From assembly GCA_046582655.1 (NCBI GenBank), contig JAYGDX010000093.1:1-11465 (forward strand): 11,465 bases of DNA, in the 5' to 3' direction. A program made the position numbers and the translations under genes. Positions 1 to 6,099 of this stretch are shown here, piece by piece. The number at the start of each line of letters is the position of its first letter. The first letter of the stretch is position 1. This DNA comes from Candidatus Poribacteria bacterium (lineage in GTDB: Bacteria; Poribacteria; WGA-4E; UBA9662). Under the pieces are notes generated by a model. That model ran no database searches. It was not told the origin of the DNA and saw nothing but the letters and a program-made list of their open reading frames with translations.

Positions 1-55
1 ATTGTAAATCAAGCCAAGTAGGAGGTTGATGAGGAAAGAGACTAGTGGAGGGGAG

Positions 56-87
56 AAAAAGGGTACCAGCTAGGGTTGCTGATACCC
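56..87 (-). terminator. Intrinsic terminator (copy 1), directly downstream of the tRNA 3' fragment
   Basis: Minus strand GGGTATCAGC-aacccta-GCTGGTACCC-TTTTT: 10-bp stem with one G-U pair, 7-nt loop, 5-U tract. The homologous hairpin at 3379-3409 shows compensatory changes. Confidence 0.75.
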
Positions 88-94
88 GCCTAAT

Positions 95-116
95 TACCCC
101 GTACGGGAGTTGAACC
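95..116 (-). repeat. Displaced tRNA 3'-end fragment (tRNA-Glu-like), probable att-site duplication; site A1
   Basis: Minus strand GG-TTCAACT-CCCGT-ACGGGGT-A parses as end of 5' T-stem, T-loop, 3' T-stem, 7-nt acceptor strand and discriminator. It resembles tRNA-Glu ends of the GGTTCGAATCCCGTACGGGTCA type (recalled, not searched). The rest of the cloverleaf is absent. Confidence 0.65.
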
Positions 117-127
117 TTGAAGATCGT

Positions 128-218
128 TACGCCGTTTTTGAAGCTGATCTTTTGCGCTGAAAAAATATCCGACGTATTGTATGTACCGCCGTGGCGGTCT
201 CGTGACTGGTGAAGGTAA
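128..218. repeat. Non-coding direct repeat B, copy 1
   Basis: 79/91 identical to 1462-1551 by manual alignment (11 mismatches, 1 gap). Confidence 0.95.
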
Positions 219-297
219 GGGAAAGCCCCATTGGATTGTTCTGCCTACGAAGTATCAGGCGGATACTGACCAATCCCAACTGGGTTATTAAACACGT

Positions 298-334
298 GCT
301 GAGACCCGCTTGATTAACCCGTACACGATATGTT
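298..334. repeat. att-like repeat A, copy 2
   Basis: 298-324 matches 78-104 at 23/27. It also shares TTGATTAmCCCGTACACGA with 1745-1763. Confidence 0.85.
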
Positions 335-466
335 CCAGATACGAGTTTCAAACCTTCAATAAGGGTAAGGATTGAGTATCTGATTTTCCCAGCTCAATAA
401 GCGGAAGATGTTTTATCATAGATTGGTTGAACGAAGAAACTATGAGAAATTATGAAAATCAAGAAA

Positions 467-1270
467 TCAATTCCCCTTCAGTTTGGCCCATACAGTGGTC
501 ATTTTTCCTGCGACTCGAACCGATAAGTTGTTAGACTTAATCTCAAAGTTCTGTTTCGCCTCTGCTGGTGTCAGACCTCGATTGTAAATCCGGACTTCAT
601 CAATCAGACCGTTAAAATGACGCATGTTGAGTGCATCACCGATATGCAGTGGCTCTTCGTTTTGTGACAAATCACCTTTGACGGGTTGATCTGCGAGCAC
701 TTCACCATCCAAGTAAAGCATCCCTTTTTTACCATTATAAGTTAAGACCACGTGATGCCAATCTTTATTATCATAGCTAGGCAAACCTGTCTTACGCGTG
801 TCTTTTGGATCCAAGGTTACCGAGCGAAATCCAATATCTGTTGGATTTCTGGTATCTCTAACCCACACACCATAACCAGAATTATCCCCTAAAGACTGTC
901 CTTTACTCACTGGCCTAGGGTATTCATTATCACCACTTTGACCTTTGAGCAGAAACCAGAATTCAATAGTGACTTCTCTTTTGAGGTCTAAACTGGCATG
1001 ATGTGGGATTTCCACCAGATCCTTTTTACCGTCAAACGACAATGCTTCACCAAATTTACCTTTGACACTTTTCGGACCACCTTTGATGGTACCATGATTC
1101 TTCGACCAGATGTCGTTTACAGTTTTCCCCTTAATGGTTGTCTGATCAAAAGACCAAAATCCAACGAGGTCTTTTGTGACCATTTCAGGTGGAATAACTG
1201 GCCGACTATCAACTGCACTAAAAGTAGTGACCATCAGAAACAAAACAATGTAGAAAAAGGGCTTTGCCAT
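467..1270 (-). CDS. Secreted LamG-like jellyroll (concanavalin A-like/Laminin_G_3) domain protein
   Basis: Signal peptide MAKPFFYIVLFLMVTTFSA. Motifs LVGFWSFD, GKFGEALSFDG, WHHVVLTYNG..LYLDG and FNGLIDEVRIYNRGL. C-terminal GKMTTVWAKLK tail. Start set at ATG 1270, 5 nt after GAGGA; the ORF track starts at 1282. Confidence 0.92.
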   Translation of the reverse strand: MAKPFFYIVLFLMVTTFSAVDSRPVIPPEMVTKDLVGFWSFDQTTIKGKTVNDIWSKNHGTIKGGPKSVKGKFGEALSFDGKKDLVEIPHHASLDLKREVTIEFWFLLKGQSGDNEYPRPVSKGQSLGDNSGYGVWVRDTRNPTDIGFRSVTLDPKDTRKTGLPSYDNKDWHHVVLTYNGKKGMLYLDGEVLADQPVKGDLSQNEEPLHIGDALNMRHFNGLIDEVRIYNRGLTPAEAKQNFEIKSNNLSVRVAGKMTTVWAKLKGN

Positions 1271-1461
1271 CACATTCCTCACTACGCTTTATCATGAAAA
1301 TTGAAATTGTGGAAAGATGTTTTACGGCAATACATCATAAATGAGCTTAAGCTCTCTCATAGTAGCATAATGAAGTATATTCTTCAAACCCAGTTGCTTC
1401 CTTGTCCGAAGTAGAGGTTGAATATGGCTGCGGATATATTCCTACAGATGGAGTGGGGTGC

Positions 1462-1551
1462 TACGCTGTTTTGGAAGCTTGTCTTTTGCGCTGGAAAATT
1501 ATCCGACGTAATGTATGTACCGCCGTGGCGTATCGTGACTAGTGGGGGTAA
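1462..1551. repeat. Non-coding direct repeat B, copy 2
   Basis: 79/91 identical to 128-218. Confidence 0.95.
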
Positions 1552-1744
1552 AGAGTTGGCAGCAATTGGTTCAATCAAATCGGGCGCATAGCACCCAAAG
1601 TGGAGGCTCGATGTGTCAGCCAGATTCTTAGGGAAGGCTCATCCCAAGAGCGACAAGATGTTCTATGGTAAGGCACTGGCTTGAGCCAACATCGCCTATA
1701 CTGATCTTGCATTAGGCGGGTATAGAGTAACCATATAAGGAGCC

Positions 1745-1780
1745 TTGATTACCCCGTACACGAATTATCTTTTGCGCGGG
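1745..1780. repeat. att-like repeat A, copy 3
   Basis: 1746-1776 matches 3413-3443 at 27/31. Core GATTACCC-CGTACAC-GAATTATC at 1747-1769. Confidence 0.9.
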
Positions 1781-1851
1781 CAGTGATGACGGCTGAAAGC
1801 TTGGGATATATGCTTAATGTGATAAAGACAGCAATTAATGCCTTTCCAAGA

Positions 1852-3231
1852 TTAACGATTGATCAGCCAACTAACCAGTATGGTGCTAACACATCCAATG
1901 CATCCTCCGGTAATACAGCCGAAGTAAAACGGGATCTCTTGCTCCATACGGCTGATGACAAATGGTTGCACTGGTTCGACCTCCCATTTCGGCATTCCCT
2001 CGGCAATTTCTGTCATGATCTCCCCACGCCGTTGTCGGATGAATTTCCTTTTCTCAGCCAATAACTCAACAAATTTATCAGCTGATTGGACTAATCTTGA
2101 TTGTGTGGTGGTCAGATATGGCTTAACTAAAGCCTCTATTCTCTCCGTTTCTGCCAATAGGTCCTTCTCATTCCAGCGTTGTTCTATAATCTTTCTCAGC
2201 GTCTGTTCATAACGCTGACGTCCCAACTCCAGCTGATACAGCTGATTGGCTATCAATCCACCTCTTATTTTAACTGAAACTGGATCCTTCTTATCCCCCT
2301 TATACCAACTGGGACTAAATCGCTCGAATAAGCCATCCGCTCCCCAAGGAATAAAGTGGAATTTATCTGTTTCCGGATTGAGATAAATAAAGAAGTTATT
2401 TCGGTTGCCTGAATAACCATCCCAAAAGCCCAGTAATCCTTCCATGGCCCAAAAGGTATAGAAAGAATCCAAATCAACCAATTTACCTATGTCAGTCTCT
2501 ATATTTTCATCGGGCTGGCGTAACATCTCAATCAACTGCTGCACTTTTGGCCGGCCCACTTCGTCGGAACCTAACTTGTGTTCAAAACTTCCGGCCCAGT
2601 CAGGGTAAAAATCAACCAGCGTGCCTTCGTATAAGACTCCGTCTTCATTACCAAAGGCCCGTTTCAGCAAGGGCTTATGTATTCGTTCTACATGGGTATA
2701 GACACCTAGATCTTGGCCATTAACTGTCAACTTGGCATAAGCACAACGGGGAGCCGGTAGGCCAACTTGGTTGAACAAGCTATAGCCCATAAACTGGCTG
2801 ATCAGGCTCGGATCTTGTTCATTATTGTTAAAGGTTAAATTGGTTAACCCATCGATTTGACCTGTTTTATCCACTTGGTTAAGCTTGACCTTCAGAGACG
2901 GACGGTTAGGATTTCGCGAAGAGCCAAGGAAGCCTTTTTTACGAATGCCAACCTGAAGGAAGATTACTCCATCAATGGAAACAGTGGCTTCAACATAAGT
3001 ATAGGGCGAATCAATGGGATGATACTGTCGCCTGTCAGCCAAGGCAGTTTCAAAATCTTGACTTTGTTTGCGAATGGTGTCCCAATCCTTAGGCTCAACC
3101 GTAACTTTCACATCTAAGACCCGATCAGAGGGAAAAATATCATCTATTGTCAGCGTCTTATTTGTTTTGTCTCCGGCATAGGCCATAATTGTTAAAACAA
3201 CTAAGATCAGTAACCAAACTAGTCTTTTCAT
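1852..3231 (-). CDS. CotH kinase family protein, exported, with a hydrophobic C-terminal segment
   Basis: Signal peptide MKRLVWLLILVVLTIMAYA. CotH motifs VGIRKKG, SLKVKL, APRCAYAKLTVNGQDLGVYTHVE and WDGYSGNRNNFFIY...FHFIPWGAD. Start set at ATG 3231 after GAAGG; the ORF track starts at 3243. Confidence 0.9.
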   Translation of the reverse strand: MKRLVWLLILVVLTIMAYAGDKTNKTLTIDDIFPSDRVLDVKVTVEPKDWDTIRKQSQDFETALADRRQYHPIDSPYTYVEATVSIDGVIFLQVGIRKKGFLGSSRNPNRPSLKVKLNQVDKTGQIDGLTNLTFNNNEQDPSLISQFMGYSLFNQVGLPAPRCAYAKLTVNGQDLGVYTHVERIHKPLLKRAFGNEDGVLYEGTLVDFYPDWAGSFEHKLGSDEVGRPKVQQLIEMLRQPDENIETDIGKLVDLDSFYTFWAMEGLLGFWDGYSGNRNNFFIYLNPETDKFHFIPWGADGLFERFSPSWYKGDKKDPVSVKIRGGLIANQLYQLELGRQRYEQTLRKIIEQRWNEKDLLAETERIEALVKPYLTTTQSRLVQSADKFVELLAEKRKFIRQRRGEIMTEIAEGMPKWEVEPVQPFVISRMEQEIPFYFGCITGGCIGCVSTILVSWLINR

Positions 3232-3378
3232 TAAAGCCTTCAAAATAAAATGTGAGTCAGTTATATAGATGCAACAATTTATAAGTAGGATAGCATTTTC
3301 TTGAAGAGTAAGAGAAAAAAGTTTTGAAAGATTAGGTCAGCATCTAAGGAGATGCCAAGAATAGAAGTAATGAGAAGG

Positions 3379-3409
3379 AAAAGGGTACCAACTAGGGCTA
3401 TTGATACCC
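3379..3409 (-). terminator. Intrinsic terminator-like hairpin (copy 2)
   Basis: Minus strand GGGTATCAAT-agcccta-GTTGGTACCC-TTTT. Homologous to 56-87; 3383-3433 vs 61-111 is 42/51 identical. Confidence 0.65.
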
Positions 3410-3459
3410 GCCTGATTACCCCATATACGAGTTATCTATTGCGGCGGGTATCAATAGCC
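3396..3459. repeat. att-like repeat A, copy 4, enclosed by a perfect 17-bp inverted repeat
   Basis: GGCTATTGATACCCGCC (3396-3412) and GGCGGGTATCAATAGCC (3443-3459) are exact reverse complements. The 30-nt spacer holds the core GATTACCC-CATATAC-GAGTTATC (3414-3436). Confidence 0.95.
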
Positions 3460-3478
3460 GTTTAATTGCTTAAAACTC

Positions 3479-4625
3479 TTATTTCAGAATCACCATCTTT
3501 CGTGTCTGGTTGTAATCTCCTGCTTCTAAGCGGTAGAATTAAGTGCCTGAGGCAACAGTCTCATCCGTTTCTGTCTTACCGTCCCAATAGACAGCCTGGT
3601 CTGTGGCCACATATCTACCCGCCGTCACCATGCCCAGCTGTAGTTGCCGTATCCGCTGGTCCCGCACATCATAGATAGTGACAATTACTTTCGTATCCTG
3701 ACTTAACTCAAAGGGAATTCAGGTTTCAGGATTGAATGGGTTAGGATAGTTGGCTAACAATTTGGTTTGACTGGGTAGTCTCTCTGGTAAGATAGTTTTA
3801 AGTACATTGAGAGCCATTTCTTCTGCTGATGAGCGTTGAGGCCTAGCTTCCAGTTGGTCTATAGCTGAGGCAATGTGGTGCTTCTGTTCTGTAGTCAGTT
3901 CAATCTCAGATGCTATAGCTAGTGTAGCCAGTGATTGACCAAAGTTACCCGCTACTATCACCAGGTCAAAGATGTTGACTGTGCCGCCACCGTTGACATC
4001 TCCCGTTAGCTTGTTTGCTGGCTTGGCTCTGCCTTCTGTTACTGTCACCGTTGTCTGCATCGGTTGAGTAAACTCGTCTACATTGCTGGTCTGGAAGATC
4101 AGTTGATACTCTCCCACCTGATCAAAACCGTCATATTGCAGTTGGTATTTAGGCTGGTCGCTCTTACTCTCAACTGTTGTCAAATCCACTTCCGTCACCC
4201 TCTGTTCCGCCTGTTGTCGATCTTTGAAGATGGCATTGGCATCAAAGCTGGGTGGAATAATCTCTACAAATACCTGATCCAGGTTACTGCCAACTAGCTC
4301 CACCTCAAAAGTCTGGCTCTCTCCCTAACTGATGGTTTTGGCTTGCAGTTGGCTGGCAAAAGCCGGAGGCAGGGACAGACTGGAGAGATCTGCCGGGATA
4401 CGACGTTGACCCAAGGCCCTCAGATCCAGCAGTAGCTATAGCATTACCATTGACGTCTATCTGTGGGTTCTGGGCTTGATGGGTAGCCATCTCCTTCATC
4501 TGTTTCTGTGTCTGTTCAAAGGCATTTTCCATGGTATCGTTCCTACTAATGTGGTCGAAGAAGTAACGGGAGAAAGAAGAGGAACGCAATAATTTTGTTT
4601 GTGAGGATGGGTAGAGATTGCAAGA
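3479..4625 (-). pseudogene. 5'-truncated pseudogene: peptidase C13/caspase-like C-terminal region + dockerin-like motif + FlgD-Ig/T9SS-like C-terminal domain
   Basis: Pieces in several frames: SFSRYFF..AFEQT..QNPQIDVNGN, then GDVNGGGTVNIFDLVIVAGNFG, then LLANYPNPFNPET*IPFELSQD...YWDGKTETDETVASGT*FYRLEAGDYNQTRKMVILK*. In-frame stops at 3719-3721 (TGA where W is expected) and 3539-3541 (TAA where Y is expected). Natural stop at 3479-3481. The left-hand domains are secure; the C13 label and the 5' boundary are less certain. Confidence 0.85.
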
Positions 4626-4812
4626 TAAAGAAAAAAGGAAGCTTTGATCTGTGTTAAGGTTGGACCAATTACCACTGGTTTCCTTACAAGTGACGAAGAA
4701 GTGTCTTCTAATGAAGTTTGCAGGGATAGACCAAGATCCTTATAATAGCCCTGTCTGTAATTTGTAATCCCAGGTTGTTTGGTTACCATGTTAAATAGCT
4801 GTATTTCTTACT

Positions 4813-4991
4813 GTCAACATGCATTAACCTGGTGGGTAGCGAATTGCTACTGTAGATAAGGACGGCTCGGTTCAAATCTACACCACGACATGGATGAACT
4901 GCTACCAATCGCCGACAGCCGAGCGCTCCACCAACCGGCTGTCGAGGAAAAAGAAGAAGTATGGGGGCTGAGTTATAACCTGGGATATTAG
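4813..4991 (+). pseudogene. Remnant of the C-terminus of a WD40-repeat protein
   Basis: PGG*RIATVDKDGSVQIYT, then after a frameshift DMDELLPIADSRALHQPAVEEKE. This resembles the last WD40 blade plus the 'ELL..A..R..R.LT.EE' tail of bacterial WD40/STAND proteins. Confidence 0.55.
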
Positions 4992-4999
4992 GAGAAATA

Positions 5000-5851
5000 A
5001 TGGATCAAGTCGCACAACGCAACTACCGCTACATCGAGGCCTGCCCCATTGCTGGTGGACTTGGTGCTGAGATCAATGGCCTAGATCTTACTCAGATATC
5101 GACGCCTGAAACGGTGGCTGAAATTCGCCAGGCGTTCCTCGATTATTTGGTGATATTTTTCTGCGACCAGCAACTAACCCCGGGTGACCAGCTTGCCTTT
5201 GCCCAACAGTTTGGTCATCCCATACCGTACCCACAAATGAAGGGATTGCCCGAATGTCCACTGGTTACAGCGGTGACCAAACTAGAACATGAACGAGTCA
5301 ACTTTGGTGGTGTCTGGCATTCCGATACCACTTATCTGCCACAACCACCAATGGCCAGCTTGCTCTACGCGGTCCAGGTGCCACCATACGGTGGAGACAC
5401 CATTTTTGCTAACCAGTATCTGGCATATGAAAGCCTATCGTCAGGACTAAAGAAGATACTTGATAATCTGGTGGCCGTCAATACTTCGACCAAAACGGAA
5501 GTTTCCAGAACACGGGAAAACCGCTTGCGTGATGCTGGGGTAGAATTGAAAGTGCTGAGTGCCGCCCATCCGGTAATTCGAACGCATCCTGAAACCGGGC
5601 GCCAGGCACTTTATGTCAATAAAGCTCACACCACGCACTTCCAAGGTTGGACCGAGCAAGAGAGCCAACCACTGTGGGGCTATCTTTTTGAACATCAGAT
5701 CAAGCCAGAGTTTACCTGTCGCTTTCGGTGGAGACAGGGCTGTCTGGCCTTGTGGGATAATCGCTGTGCCCAGCATAATCCGGTAAACGACTATCCGGGT
5801 TTCAGACGGATCATGCATCGAATCACGCTAGCAGGGAGTCAGCCAAACTAG
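5000..5851 (+). CDS. tauD: TauD/TfdA family Fe(II)/2-oxoglutarate dioxygenase (taurine or alkylsulfate dioxygenase-like)
   Basis: Motifs LGAEINGLDL, WHSDTT (HxD), PPYGGDTIFAN, HPVIRTHPETGR.ALYVN, WDNRCAQH and RIMHRITLAG. RBS AGGAG at 4990-4994. Substrate cannot be determined from sequence. Confidence 0.95.
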   Translation: MDQVAQRNYRYIEACPIAGGLGAEINGLDLTQISTPETVAEIRQAFLDYLVIFFCDQQLTPGDQLAFAQQFGHPIPYPQMKGLPECPLVTAVTKLEHERVNFGGVWHSDTTYLPQPPMASLLYAVQVPPYGGDTIFANQYLAYESLSSGLKKILDNLVAVNTSTKTEVSRTRENRLRDAGVELKVLSAAHPVIRTHPETGRQALYVNKAHTTHFQGWTEQESQPLWGYLFEHQIKPEFTCRFRWRQGCLALWDNRCAQHNPVNDYPGFRRIMHRITLAGSQPN

Positions 5852-5990
5852 TTCACTCCTATCAGCATGATTATCTCCGGTGCTAATTGCTAAGAATAGG
5901 AAGGGTTAGAGATCAGCCTATCACCCATTTGAAATTTCCCTTTCCGATCCAAGGTCAGCGGTGATTCCGGTTTGGGGTTACGGTCTTGGA

Positions 5991-6020
5991 AAGAAAGGAG
6001 ACCTCGTCTCCGTTTTTCTT
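5991..6020 (+). terminator. Intrinsic terminator, possibly bidirectional
   Basis: AAGAAA-GGAGAC-ctc-GTCTCC-g-TTTTTCTT, located 140 nt after the tauD stop. Confidence 0.65.
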
Positions 6021-6099
6021 CCCTTCCCTCCAAGCCTTTGCCATTTTGGGACGGAATCCTGAAAATTAAATAACCCTAATTTGACGAAGGAGTATTATC

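Noticed and set aside
95..220. Intact or intron-containing tRNA-Glu gene
   Set aside because: No anticodon loop or D-arm, and the 5' T-stem strand does not pair.
127..1578. Small ORFs 127-351 and 1384-1578 as a peptide family
   Set aside because: They read repeat B in different frames. In the shared frame all the substitutions are non-synonymous and there is a 1-nt indel.
3424..3435. loxP half-site resemblance (TATACGAGTTAT vs TATACGAAGTTAT)
   Set aside because: It needs a gap, has no matching second 13-bp arm, and is not conserved in the other copies.
92..3436. CRISPR array or classical integron attC array
   Set aside because: The repeats are 220-1670 nt apart and degenerate. I see no RYYYAAC/GTTRRRY ends framing the hairpin, and no cas or intI gene.
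4831..4944. Riboswitch-like hairpins and a GGTTCAAATC T-loop-like word upstream of tauD
   Set aside because: No T-stem or known aptamer consensus. The stretch is better explained as a WD40 coding remnant.
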